64,000 nucleotides of DNA from the NCBI GenBank assembly GCA_038801705.1, contig JAULTC010000004.1, forward strand, positions 9,868-73,867. The letters are read 5' to 3'. The notes under the pieces are model-generated. The model was not told the DNA's origin, made no database searches, and worked only from the letters and a program-made list of their open reading frames with translations. This document shows, piece after piece, positions 9,965 to 19,575 of this stretch. Source of the DNA: Candidatus Methanosuratincola mesotaenarum. Its GTDB lineage: Archaea; Thermoproteota; Methanomethylicia; Methanomethylicales; Methanomethylicaceae. The position numbers and the translations under genes were made by a program. Each line of letters opens with the position of its first letter. Position 1 is the stretch's first letter.

Positions 9965-10795
9965 ATGAGCCAGCGAATAGTTCCAGCGGTAAAGCGAAAA
10001 CAGATAATTGAGCTCTCAGAAAGCGGAAGGAGGATGGACGGCAGGACACTGACCGACTACAGGGATATATCTATACAGACCGGTTTTGTCGAGAAGGCAG
10101 ACGGTTCGTCGCTGGTCTCCATAGGTGGAACTAAGGTGGTTGCAGGTATAAAGTTCGAGATCGGCGATCCCTTTCCGGATATTCCCAATGAGGGTGTGAT
10201 GCAGGTCGGTGCCGAGTTTGTTCCGTTTGCTTCTCCTGACTTCGAGCCTGGAAGGCCTGACGAGGTGGCAGTCGAGCTCGCGAGGGTCGTTGACCGAGGG
10301 CTCAGGGAGTCAAAGGTCCTAGACACGACAAAGCTCTGCATTATCCCAGGGAAGAAGGTCTGGATCGTCCACGTGGACGTTTACATACTCGATCACTGCG
10401 GGAACCTCATCGATGCGGCTGCGCTTGCCGCTCTCACAGCGATGCTCACTGCAACGATGCCTGAGGCTTGCATCGAGGGTGACGCGGTCAATCTGACCGG
10501 GAAGCGCCTGCCGATGCCAATAACCGACATCCCCATCAACGTCACACTAGCAAAAATTGGGAGCAGGCTGTTTGTGGATCCGTCCTTCGAGGAAGAAGAG
10601 GTTCTTGACTGCAGGTTCAGCGTGGCCTTCAAGGAGAACGGGATGCTCTGTGCGATACAGAAGGGAGAATCAGGGTACATCACCCCAGAAGAGATCCTGC
10701 GTGCAGTCGAAATAGCTAGAGATAAAAGCCAGGAGATCCGCAAGAAGGTGGTTGAGGCGCTAAAACTGAAGAACGATAAGGTTGGTGAACCCTGA
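9965..10795 (+). CDS. rrp42: Exosome complex component Rrp42
   Basis: RMDGR...YR, FEPGRPDE..VELARVVDRGLRES. Confidence 0.97.
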   Translation: MSQRIVPAVKRKQIIELSESGRRMDGRTLTDYRDISIQTGFVEKADGSSLVSIGGTKVVAGIKFEIGDPFPDIPNEGVMQVGAEFVPFASPDFEPGRPDEVAVELARVVDRGLRESKVLDTTKLCIIPGKKVWIVHVDVYILDHCGNLIDAAALAALTAMLTATMPEACIEGDAVNLTGKRLPMPITDIPINVTLAKIGSRLFVDPSFEEEEVLDCRFSVAFKENGMLCAIQKGESGYITPEEILRAVEIARDKSQEIRKKVVEALKLKNDKVGEP

Positions 10796-11058
10796 TGGGA
10801 AAGACAAAGTCCGTCAAGTCTGCTGGAAGGTTTGGCCCGAAATACGGCGCCACCCTTAGGAAACGCCTGCTTGCTATCGAACAGAAATCAGAGAAGAGCC
10901 TAAGGTGCCCCAAGTGCAAGTCGGTCGACAAGCTCGTGCGGGTAGCCGCAGGCATATGGGACTGCAGGGCATGCGGCGTACGCTTCGCAGGCGGCGCCTT
11001 CGTGCCTCAGACCACTCTGGGAAAAACTCTGACGCCAGACGAGCTGAAGATAAAGTAA
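10795..11058 (+). CDS. rpl37ae: 50S ribosomal protein L37Ae
   Basis: GRFGPKYG..LRK, CPKC, GIWDCRAC, FAGGAF. Confidence 0.96.
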   Translation: MGKTKSVKSAGRFGPKYGATLRKRLLAIEQKSEKSLRCPKCKSVDKLVRVAAGIWDCRACGVRFAGGAFVPQTTLGKTLTPDELKIK

Positions 11059-11089
11059 GATTAAGAAAGATTGTAGCTGTCGGTCTTTT

Positions 11090-11620
11090 ATGGCCATACT
11101 GCTGACGACCTCCCTCAGGCCGAGCCAGAGGACAAGGAGCCTCTGCAACGACCTGGTCGCCTGCTGTGCGGCCTTTTCTATATTTATGAGAGGAAAATCC
11201 AGTCTTGCCTACCTCTTTGAGTATGCCAAGAGCCAGAAGTCATCGAAGCTGTGGATACTGCACAGCAGGTTCGGAAGCCCAAGCCTGATCGAGTGCTACG
11301 ATCTTGGGAAGACAGAGCCAAGTGTATCCTTCCTGGTAAAGCGGGTACAGCTCATTAGGGAGCTGGGCGTCCGATCGCCCAAGGGCACGAGACACAGGCC
11401 GCTGGCCCTTGCGCCTCCCGATACCGAGGACCTGCGCCCCCTCTACGAGTGCATGAAGCTGGCACTGGGCGATTGCGCATCACCGGTCACAGGGGATAAG
11501 GCGACAGAGGTGCACATCCAATTTTCCAGCGGAACGCCTGAGATCTTTTTCATAGACAGCATCTCAAAGCTCCCCTGCGGTCCAGCAATATATCTCAAAT
11601 CATTCAGGTGCAACGCATGA
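11090..11620 (+). CDS. Brix-domain (Imp4-like) ribosome biogenesis protein
   Basis: ILLTTSLRPSQRTRSLCNDL, RGKSSL; superoperon position. Confidence 0.8.
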   Translation: MAILLTTSLRPSQRTRSLCNDLVACCAAFSIFMRGKSSLAYLFEYAKSQKSSKLWILHSRFGSPSLIECYDLGKTEPSVSFLVKRVQLIRELGVRSPKGTRHRPLALAPPDTEDLRPLYECMKLALGDCASPVTGDKATEVHIQFSSGTPEIFFIDSISKLPCGPAIYLKSFRCNA

Positions 11621-11862
11621 GCGTTTCATCCATGCTGAATATCGACCTCCAGGACGAAGGCAGGGCCAGAACCCTCTTCGCTGCAATACTCCCAGAAGTT
11701 CAAAGCACTAAACCTGGGGTTGCAAAGGTCTTGATGACGATGGAGGGGGGATCGATAGCCCTCAAGATCAATGCCTCTTCACTTGCGGCGCTCCGTGCCC
11801 TACTCAATTCTTATATACGCTGGTTTTCTACTTCTCTTGAGATTATGGAGTTAGGTGATTGA
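11617..11862 (+). CDS. pcc1: KEOPS complex subunit Pcc1
   Basis: AILPE and ALRALLNSYIRW motifs. Confidence 0.85.
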   Translation: MSVSSMLNIDLQDEGRARTLFAAILPEVQSTKPGVAKVLMTMEGGSIALKINASSLAALRALLNSYIRWFSTSLEIMELGD

Positions 11863-11864
11863 CA

Positions 11865-12227
11865 ATGGCCGAAAAGATACCTCCTCAGGTACAGAACCAG
11901 TTGATCAGGTTCCAAGAGATGCAAGAACAGCTGAAGGCAATTGTGCTCAGGAAGCAGCAGTTCGAGTACGAGAGCAGGGAGCTCGAAAAGGCTCTTAATG
12001 AGAGCAAGGCACTCCCAGACGATGCTGTGGTCTACAAGTCTGTTGGTGTTCTTCTCTTCAGAGCCGAGAAGCAAAAGGTTGTGGCTGAGCTTACGGAGAA
12101 GAAAGAAGAGCTTGACCTCAGGATAAAGACTGTCGAAAAGCAGGAACTCAGGCTCAAGCAGCAGCTAGAAGAACTCCGCAAGTCGATAATGGAACAAGTC
12201 TCCGGAAAGACTCCTGTATCTGGGTAG
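11865..12227 (+). CDS. pfdB: Prefoldin subunit beta
   Basis: IPPQVQNQL, VYKSVG, coiled coils. Confidence 0.95.
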   Translation: MAEKIPPQVQNQLIRFQEMQEQLKAIVLRKQQFEYESRELEKALNESKALPDDAVVYKSVGVLLFRAEKQKVVAELTEKKEELDLRIKTVEKQELRLKQQLEELRKSIMEQVSGKTPVSG

Positions 12228-12237
12228 TGTTGCTGAG

Positions 12238-12519
12238 TTGCAGTCTCTTTTCACGAAAAAGGAGCTAGAGGAGATCTGCCTCGTGGGCGAGAACACTGCA
12301 CGCGAGTATGTCCTCTCAGTCTTGGATCGCCACCTCATATCTTCGCTCAACATAAGGGTGACCTCAGAAGAGTCCGCCTCAAGGCTGGACTTCAACGCCG
12401 ACATCGAAATTGAGGTCGATCCTGTCGTAGAGACTGATTTGGAGATGCTCGCCGATGCCGCTGCAGACCGTGCTCTGGAGGCGATCGATGAAAAAGTGCG
12501 GGCGAAGAGAGTTGCCTGA
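12238..12519 (+). CDS. DUF3194-family protein
   Basis: Small acidic protein in the conserved position after pfdB. Confidence 0.65.
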   Translation: MQSLFTKKELEEICLVGENTAREYVLSVLDRHLISSLNIRVTSEESASRLDFNADIEIEVDPVVETDLEMLADAAADRALEAIDEKVRAKRVA

Positions 12520-13513
12520 GCTTCTCGAGTTCCTCTCTTCATACAACCGGATTGCTCTGGTCTGCCACCCGAACGCTGACCCTGATTGCATCGGATCGTC
12601 GTATGCGATCCGTTCAGCGCTCCGCGCAAGATCCCCATCGGTGGCTGTGTCAATACTAGTTCCAGACGGAATCAACGCTGCATCATCAAAGCTTCTCGAG
12701 TACCTGGACTTCGAGTTTGCCTCCTCGATGGATGGTGACTGCGAACTTGCTGTGCTGGTCGACATGCCTTCGCTCGATCAGCTGCCTGAAGTCAAAGAGC
12801 TAATGATCCTGAAGAAGATCCCTTACGCCATTGTGGACCACCACACTGCAGAGCCAAGATCACTCGAGGGGGCAGTCTATTCGAAGCTGCTGGCGACCTC
12901 CTCGACATGCGAGATCGTCTACCGTTCCATTCCAAAGAAGTACCTGAATAGGCGCGCAACCCAGGCCCTCCTGACTGGACTCATCTACGACTCCAGGCGC
13001 TTCCTCATACAGCCGAACTCGTCCATCTCGGCAGCTATGAAGATGATACACCGGGGGGCCGACTTCGCTCTTGCTCTCGAGATGCTGCTCAACGAGCAGG
13101 ACATCTCTGAGAGGATAGCACGGCTGAAGGGCGTCGCAAGGGTCCGGCTTTACCGGGCGAGAGACTGGATCTTTGCCACGTCGAATATAGGGGCATTCGA
13201 GGCCTCTGTCGCACGATCCCTGACCGACCTTGGTGCTGACCTGGCACTCGTGGCAAGCGGTGAGGACAGCACGTCGAGGATAACTGGGCGCCTGAATGAA
13301 AGGTTCCAGAGGTCAACCTCTCTGAACCTCGCAAGCTGTGTTATGCACCCGTTGGTCGATCGCTTCTCAGGGTCTGGAGGAGGGCACCCATCAGCGGCGA
13401 GCGCAAAAGTCTCCGCCCTACCTGAGGAGGCGATCGCAGCCGCCTTGTCCCTGATCTCTGAGAGACTCGGCCTCAGTCCTGGGGAGCTTAAGGAGATCTC
13501 AACCCGTGGCTGA
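12512..13513 (+). CDS. DHH/DHHA1 family phosphoesterase (NrnA-like)
   Basis: HPNADPD, VDHH, GGGHPSAA; TTG start overlapping the upstream stop. Confidence 0.9.
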   Translation: MPELLEFLSSYNRIALVCHPNADPDCIGSSYAIRSALRARSPSVAVSILVPDGINAASSKLLEYLDFEFASSMDGDCELAVLVDMPSLDQLPEVKELMILKKIPYAIVDHHTAEPRSLEGAVYSKLLATSSTCEIVYRSIPKKYLNRRATQALLTGLIYDSRRFLIQPNSSISAAMKMIHRGADFALALEMLLNEQDISERIARLKGVARVRLYRARDWIFATSNIGAFEASVARSLTDLGADLALVASGEDSTSRITGRLNERFQRSTSLNLASCVMHPLVDRFSGSGGGHPSAASAKVSALPEEAIAAALSLISERLGLSPGELKEISTRG

Positions 13514-13562
13514 GTAGCTACATTTATTAGAGGTCAAAATTCTCTGATCAGTGCTCCCGGTG

Positions 13563-14408
13563 ATGGTTTTGGCAATCATTGAGGTTAAGGGGCTCTGTTA
13601 CACGTACCCAGAGTCTGAAACCCCAAGCCTTATCGATATTGACTTCAGAGCGGACCCAGGCGAGTTCGTCCTGGTCACGGGTCCGAGCGGGTGTGGCAAA
13701 ACGACCTTCTGCAGGGTGCTGAACGGGCTGATACCGAACTCGTATGGGGGCGACTTCAAGGGGACGGTCGTCGTAGACGGTATGTTGACCGCCACGACCC
13801 CTGTCTACGAGCTGGCTCAGCATGTCGGGCTTGTATTCCAGAACCCTGAAAACGAGCTCTTCTGCACTACTGTGGAACGGGAGGTTGCCTTCGGGCCGGA
13901 GAACCTTGCCCTTTCCAGGGAAGAGATTATGATGCGCGTTGAGGAGGCTCTCGAGACTGTTGGGATCTCCCACCTGAAGGAGAAGTCACCCGAGGAGCTT
14001 TCGGGGGGAGAGCAGCAGAAGGTAGCGATCGCGGCGCTTTTGGCCATGAAGCCGAAGGTCCTCGTCCTTGACGAGCCCACTGCAAACCTGGATCCAGTGA
14101 GTGCCAAATCGGTTCTTGAGCTGATGTACAGGTTAAACGAAAAAAACGGCGTCACGGTCATACTTGTCGAGCATAGACTTGAGATGGTCAGCAACTTGGT
14201 CGACAGGTGCATCGTATTCGATGCGGGTCGGATAATCGCTGATGGTGCACCGAGGGAGGTGCTCTACTCCGAGAAGGTCTCCGAGCTCGGGGTTGGGATC
14301 CCGAAAATCGTCCAGGTCTCCAAGCACTTGTCAGAGTTCGTGGGGGAGCAGCTCCGGTTCCTGTCGTCCGATGAGCTCGCTTCCTACATTAGGGGGAGGA
14401 GGAATTGA
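13563..14408 (+). CDS. ecfA: ECF transporter ATPase subunit
   Basis: GPSGCGKTT, VFQNPE, LSGGEQQK, DEPT. Confidence 0.92.
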   Translation: MVLAIIEVKGLCYTYPESETPSLIDIDFRADPGEFVLVTGPSGCGKTTFCRVLNGLIPNSYGGDFKGTVVVDGMLTATTPVYELAQHVGLVFQNPENELFCTTVEREVAFGPENLALSREEIMMRVEEALETVGISHLKEKSPEELSGGEQQKVAIAALLAMKPKVLVLDEPTANLDPVSAKSVLELMYRLNEKNGVTVILVEHRLEMVSNLVDRCIVFDAGRIIADGAPREVLYSEKVSELGVGIPKIVQVSKHLSEFVGEQLRFLSSDELASYIRGRRN

Positions 14409-15220
14409 TCAGGATAGAATGCGTTACATACTCCTACAGCGAAGGGATCAGTGCTCTCGATGGTGTGGACTTGGAGATCGGAGACTCCGAGCTTCTTGCG
14501 ATAGTGGGCGAGAACGGGGCAGGGAAGACGACGCTCGTCAAACACCTGAACGGTCTACTCAAACCCCAGCACGGGCGGGTCCTCGTAGAGGGGATAGACA
14601 CAAGAGAGACCACGGTTGCCACATTGGCCAGGAAGGTGGGTCTTGTCTTCCAGAACCCTGACCACATGCTCTTCGCAGAGACCGTGGAGAAGGAACTCGC
14701 ATTCGCCCTGACCAACTTCGGGGTACCCCCCGAGGAGATCGCGAAGAAAGTGGAGTGGGCCCTAATCGAATTCAGCCTCTCCAATTACCGCGACCGATCC
14801 CCTTTCACTCTGAGCGGCGGGGAGAAGAAGCGCGTTTCGTTGGCATCTGTGCTCTGCTATGGACCCAAGATAATCGTCCTCGACGAGCCAACGACGGGTC
14901 AGGACAACCTGCAGAAGACCAGGCTCGCATCAACACTCACTAGGCTGAACCGACAGGGGGAGACCGTGATCGTGGTAACGCACGACATCGAGTTCGTCGC
15001 GGACTTCATACCAAGGGTCGTCGTTATGTCCAAGGGGAGAATCATCGCTGACGGGCCGACCGAGGAAATCCTGGTTAGGAAAGATATAATGGACGCGTCT
15101 TCGATCCTGCCGCCGCAGCTTGCAGAGCTGTCTTGGGAAATAGGCCTGAACACCCCTTCAATAAACACTGCGATGATCGTCGAAGAGATCAGGCATATGT
15201 TGGGGAGGACCAATAAATGA
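14405..15220 (+). CDS. ecfA: ECF transporter ATPase subunit (second)
   Basis: GENGAGKTT, FQNPD, LSGGEKKR, DEPT. Confidence 0.92.
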   Translation: MIRIECVTYSYSEGISALDGVDLEIGDSELLAIVGENGAGKTTLVKHLNGLLKPQHGRVLVEGIDTRETTVATLARKVGLVFQNPDHMLFAETVEKELAFALTNFGVPPEEIAKKVEWALIEFSLSNYRDRSPFTLSGGEKKRVSLASVLCYGPKIIVLDEPTTGQDNLQKTRLASTLTRLNRQGETVIVVTHDIEFVADFIPRVVVMSKGRIIADGPTEEILVRKDIMDASSILPPQLAELSWEIGLNTPSINTAMIVEEIRHMLGRTNK

Positions 15221-15966
15221 AAGTTTTCAGGGCATTCGAGTACAGGAGGGGAACGACTATCCTCCACAGAGTCGACCCAAGATCCAAGCTGGTCTACCTG
15301 ATCCTATTCACGGTTCTCACAGTTTACTTCACAAGACTCCTTGCCCTCCTCCTCGTCTTCCTCTCATTCTTGCCGATGGTCTACATAGGCAAGATATCTG
15401 CAAGATGGAAGCAGTCCCTAAGGGGATCGCTGTTCTTCATTGTCTTCATATTCATATTCAACTTCATTCCCACCGCGTACCTGTCAGGAAACATCTACGG
15501 CGCCGCGATTTCGGCTATAGCAATGTCGCTAAGGTTCCTCAACCTGATCTCTGTGTTCTCAATATTCTTCTTGACAACCTCGCCCGAAGACCTCACACAA
15601 TCAATGGTTCAGCTGAAGATACCATACGACTACGCGCTCACTTTCAATATGGCAATGCGGTTCGTCCCAACCCTCAGCCGGGAGGCGCAGTACATAATGG
15701 ATGCGCAGCGATCGAGGGGGCTAGAGATGGAAAAGGGCAACTTCATTTCTAGGATCAGGAACTACATCCCGGTTCTAATACCGCTGATAATCAGCTCCTT
15801 CCGGAGAGCCGAGCTGGTCGCCGATGCGATGGAGTCGCGCGCATTCGGAGCCAGCAAGAAGAGGACTTCGCTCTATATCCTGAAGATGGGGCGCAGGGAC
15901 CTCCTGTTCATAACAGTTGCACTAGCCTCTTCCCTTGCCCTTTTTGCGGTCAACCTGTTCCTCTGA
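15217..15966 (+). CDS. ecfT: ECF transporter transmembrane subunit T
   Basis: DPRSK, AQRSRG and AMESRAF motifs; multiple TM helices. Confidence 0.93.
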   Translation: MKVFRAFEYRRGTTILHRVDPRSKLVYLILFTVLTVYFTRLLALLLVFLSFLPMVYIGKISARWKQSLRGSLFFIVFIFIFNFIPTAYLSGNIYGAAISAIAMSLRFLNLISVFSIFFLTTSPEDLTQSMVQLKIPYDYALTFNMAMRFVPTLSREAQYIMDAQRSRGLEMEKGNFISRIRNYIPVLIPLIISSFRRAELVADAMESRAFGASKKRTSLYILKMGRRDLLFITVALASSLALFAVNLFL

Positions 15967-16030
15967 TCCAATAGCTTATTTCTGCTTCAATAACTTTAAA
16001 TTACTAAACGATCTATCTCCTTTGAGAGAT

Positions 16031-16642
16031 ATGTCCTCAAAAGACTGTCTGGTAAAGTGCTTCATGCGAGAAATGGCAAACTATGTCCTATATGCTTCAA
16101 ATATAATCGATGACGGTGAGGTGGAGCAAGCCATCTCATTGCTAATCGATACCAAGACGAACGGGAAGAAGATCATGATCATCGGCGCAGGGAGGTCTGG
16201 TCTTGCCGGAAAGGCATTTGCTATGCGTCTGATGCACTTGGGCTTCAATGTCTACGTCTTCGGAGAGACCATAACGCCTGCCCTGGGGCAGGGCGACCTC
16301 GTAATATCGATCTCAGGGTCAGGGTCCACGAAGATGGTGGTGACCTCTGCTATCACTGGCAAGGAAATAGGATCAAAAATACTCGCAATAACCTCTCACC
16401 GCGACTCCCCGTTGGCAAAGCTATCCGATGGTTGCATAATAATCCCTGGCAGGACCAAGCTGGCGACAGAGGACGACTATGTGATCCGCCAGATACTCGG
16501 TTCGCATGAGCCCCTCGCACCATTGGGGACGCTCTTTGAGGTGACATTGAACATATTCCTTGACAGCCTCGTGGCTGAGCTAATGCAGAGGATGGGTGTC
16601 ACCGAGACTGACCTGAAGAAGCGCCATGCCACGATCGAGTGA
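16031..16642 (+). CDS. hxlB: 6-phospho-3-hexuloisomerase (SIS domain)
   Basis: GAGRSGL..KAFAMRLMHLG, SGSGST, APLGTLFE, RHATIE. Confidence 0.95.
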   Translation: MSSKDCLVKCFMREMANYVLYASNIIDDGEVEQAISLLIDTKTNGKKIMIIGAGRSGLAGKAFAMRLMHLGFNVYVFGETITPALGQGDLVISISGSGSTKMVVTSAITGKEIGSKILAITSHRDSPLAKLSDGCIIIPGRTKLATEDDYVIRQILGSHEPLAPLGTLFEVTLNIFLDSLVAELMQRMGVTETDLKKRHATIE

Positions 16643-16768
16643 CCTGACCTCCCTGTTTTCCTTGGGCCAAAGTAAGGCGATTCCGTATGGGAGTCTTCCC
16701 GATCAGACCTAATTAAGAAACTTTTAAAAACTAGCATGCCTTTCGCCTTTTGTAGCGAGGCGTGTAAA

Positions 16769-18976
16769 TTGCCGAAGTATAAACAGACTGAGGAAATCAT
16801 AAAACTCATGAGCAATAAGCTCAACGTCAGAAACATTGGTACACTTGCGCATGTGGACCACGGGAAGACGACTCTTTCGGACAGCCTGCTCGCAGGGGCA
16901 GGTCTCATCTCCCAGAAGATCGCTGCGCAGGCACTCGCACTCGACTACGTCGAGATCGAGCAGCTGAGGCAGATGACTGTAAAGGCCGCGAACGTCAGCT
17001 TACTTCATGAGAAGAACAACCAGAGTTATGTCATCAACCTGGTCGACACTCCTGGTCACGTCGACTTCACGGGTCATGTTACTAGGTCCCTCAGGGTCAT
17101 GGACGGCGGAATAGTCGTCGTGGACAGCGTTGAGGGCGTGATGACCCAGACCGAGACCGTCCTGAGGCAGGCAATGGACGAGAAGGTCAGGCCACTGCTC
17201 TATGTGAACAAGGTGGATCGTCTAATAAAGGAGCTCAGGCTTACCCCCCAGGAGATCTTGGAGAGGCTGCTAAAGATCATACGCGACTTCAATGCACTAC
17301 TGGAAACCTACGCCGATCCAGAGTTCAAGGACAAGTGGAAGGTCAATCCTGACAAGGGACAGGTGGCATTCGGTTCAGCGCTCCACAAATGGGGCTTCAC
17401 TCTCCCGCTCATAAAAGCAAAGGGCATGAAATTCTCAGACGTGATCAATGCCTATAACAAGGGAGACATCGAGTATCTTCAGAAAGAGTTCCCGTTGCAT
17501 GTCGCAATACTGGACATGGCGGTGGACCACATACCAAACCCTGTCGAGGCGCAGAAGTACAGGATCCCAAAGATCTGGAAGGGGGACATAAACTCGCCTA
17601 TAGGGCAGGCAATGCTCAACTGCGACGAGAAGGGTCCCCTCGTGATCTGCGTGAACAAGGTTATCGTGGACCCGCACGCAGGCCCGGTCGTGACTGGCAG
17701 GGTGTTCTCAGGAACGATCCATGAGGGCGAGCAGCTCTACGGCCTTATGTCGAAGAGCGAAGGAAGGGTGCAGCAGGTCAGCCTCTACATGGGGCCATAC
17801 CGTGAGATCTGCCCCGAGATGTCCTCTGGTAACATCGTGGCACTTCTCGGGCTTGAGAACGTGCGCGCAGGCGAGACGTTGGTGAGGTCGGTTGACAAGG
17901 AAGCAATGTTCCCGTTCGAGAAGATGAAATACATTAGTGACCCGGTAGTCACCGTTGCGATTGAGCCGAAGTACAGCAGGGACCTCCCGAAGCTGATCGA
18001 TTCCCTCCACAAGATGGCGATCGAGGATCCCACTCTTTCGGTCAAGATAAACCAGGAGACCGGAGAGTACCTGATCGCAGGAATGGGGAGCCTCCACCTC
18101 GAGATCGCGCTCTGGGATCTCAAGCAGAGGACCGGTGGCATAGAGATCACTACCACGCCACCAATCGTCGTGTACAGGGAGAGCCTCACTGGATCGGGCG
18201 GCCCATTCGAGGGAAAATCCCCGAACAAGCACAACCGCCTCTACCTGAAGGTGGAGCCGCTCAACCAGGAGACGATCGATCTGATACAGCATGGCATAAT
18301 ATACGAGGACATGGACACCAAGGAAAGGGTCAAGATCCTGAGGGAAAAGGCTGGCTGGGACAACGAGGAGGCTAAGGGCATATGGGCGATAGACAGCTAC
18401 GTGAATGTCTTGGTGGACGCGACCAAGGGTCTTCAGTATATACGCGAGATCAAGGACACCATAATCCAGGCATTCCGCCTCAACGTCTCCGAGGGTCCGC
18501 TTGCGAGGGAGCCGATTAGGGGGCTCAAGGTCCTGCTCATGGATGCGAACGTACACGAGGACCCCGCGCACAGGGGACCAGGTCAAATAATGCCAGCGAT
18601 GCGGGACGCAATGTTCTGTGGCTTCCTTTCTTGCAACCCGATCCTCCTCGAACCAATAATCAAGCTCGACATGAAGGTGCCGCAGGACTTCTTGGGCGGC
18701 GTCACGCGCATAATCGCCGGAAAGCGCGGAAAGATAATCAACATGGACCAAGTCGGGCAGGTGATGCGTCTCGTCTCGGAGATCCCTGTCTCAGAGACAT
18801 TCGATCTCTCTGACCAGCTCAGGAGCGCAACCGCGGGCAAGGCATTCTGGGGGACAGAGTTCGCCAGATGGTCTCCGGTGCCGTCGAGCCTGCTGTCTGA
18901 CACCATAAGGAAGATCCGGGAAAGGAAGGGGCTTCCGCCGAACCCGCCGACGCCGCAGGAATTCATGTCAATGTGA
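16769..18976 (+). CDS. fusA: Translation elongation factor EF-2
   Basis: AHVDHGKTT, DTPGHVDF, NKVD, diphthamide loop HEDPAHRG; TTG start. Confidence 0.98.
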   Translation: MPKYKQTEEIIKLMSNKLNVRNIGTLAHVDHGKTTLSDSLLAGAGLISQKIAAQALALDYVEIEQLRQMTVKAANVSLLHEKNNQSYVINLVDTPGHVDFTGHVTRSLRVMDGGIVVVDSVEGVMTQTETVLRQAMDEKVRPLLYVNKVDRLIKELRLTPQEILERLLKIIRDFNALLETYADPEFKDKWKVNPDKGQVAFGSALHKWGFTLPLIKAKGMKFSDVINAYNKGDIEYLQKEFPLHVAILDMAVDHIPNPVEAQKYRIPKIWKGDINSPIGQAMLNCDEKGPLVICVNKVIVDPHAGPVVTGRVFSGTIHEGEQLYGLMSKSEGRVQQVSLYMGPYREICPEMSSGNIVALLGLENVRAGETLVRSVDKEAMFPFEKMKYISDPVVTVAIEPKYSRDLPKLIDSLHKMAIEDPTLSVKINQETGEYLIAGMGSLHLEIALWDLKQRTGGIEITTTPPIVVYRESLTGSGGPFEGKSPNKHNRLYLKVEPLNQETIDLIQHGIIYEDMDTKERVKILREKAGWDNEEAKGIWAIDSYVNVLVDATKGLQYIREIKDTIIQAFRLNVSEGPLAREPIRGLKVLLMDANVHEDPAHRGPGQIMPAMRDAMFCGFLSCNPILLEPIIKLDMKVPQDFLGGVTRIIAGKRGKIINMDQVGQVMRLVSEIPVSETFDLSDQLRSATAGKAFWGTEFARWSPVPSSLLSDTIRKIRERKGLPPNPPTPQEFMSM

Positions 18977-19171
18977 ACGGTACCCGTGAGAGAATCAAGC
19001 CCTGTTTTTTGGGCATTTTACTATTTTTGAAAAAATGAATATTTCTGCAACAGGATTTTGCATACGATGGTCGCATTAAATGGCTGTATTGATTTCGCTT
19101 GCATGCCACGGTTGGGGCATCTGCATCCACAATAAATATAGGTATGGTCAGGAGGGTTTATCACTCACTAA

Positions 19172-19250
19172 GCGGCCGTGGTCTAGTCCGGTCTAGGATA
19201 GAAGCTTCCCAAGCTTCGGATCCCGGGTTCAAATCCCGGCGGCCGCACCA
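19172..19250 (+). tRNA. tRNA-Gly(CCC), CCA encoded
   Basis: GCGGCCG/CGGCCGC acceptor stem, GAAGC-TT-CCC-AA-GCTTC anticodon arm, GGTTCAAATCC T-arm. Confidence 0.96.
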
Positions 19251-19350
19251 ACCTTTTTGCTCCATAGAAGGAAAAAAGCTTGACCAAAAACCTTTGCTTT
19301 TTAATCAATCACGAAACATGTACAGTACAGCCCAGGCTCCGTGTACGGTA
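19251..19350 (+). pseudogene. Remnant of the start of an SSV-type integrase C-fragment / att arm
   Basis: EGKKLDQKPLLFNQSRNMYSTAQAPCTV aligns without gaps (15/28 identical) to the in-frame leader of the integrase at 59207-59290. Confidence 0.65.
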
Positions 19351-19575
19351 CCGCCCATTAATCCGGCGCCCAGGGAATTTTTTCGCCAGCCTTTTTTCAT
19401 CTGGCCCATTAAAAGATCGCGAAAAAGGTTGCATGGTGGGCCCGCCCGGACTAAGAGACTTTTGGCGCAAAAGTTTCATCAAAAATGGCATCCCCTCCAT
19501 AATGTCAAGCAGGCACCTGACCCGCTCCGGGCATCTTTCACCAAATATGTTCAGTTTAAAAAAAGTGGAATGGAT

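Noticed and set aside
17708-18751. 347-aa antisense ORF and many similar shadow ORFs across the window
   Set aside because: They lie opposite or out of frame to well-conserved housekeeping genes, have no motifs, and are expected from codon bias.
16769-18976. EF-2 outside the rps12-rps7 cluster as a paralogue
   Set aside because: The diphthamide motif HEDPAHRG is canonical, and a separate fusA is common in TACK archaea.
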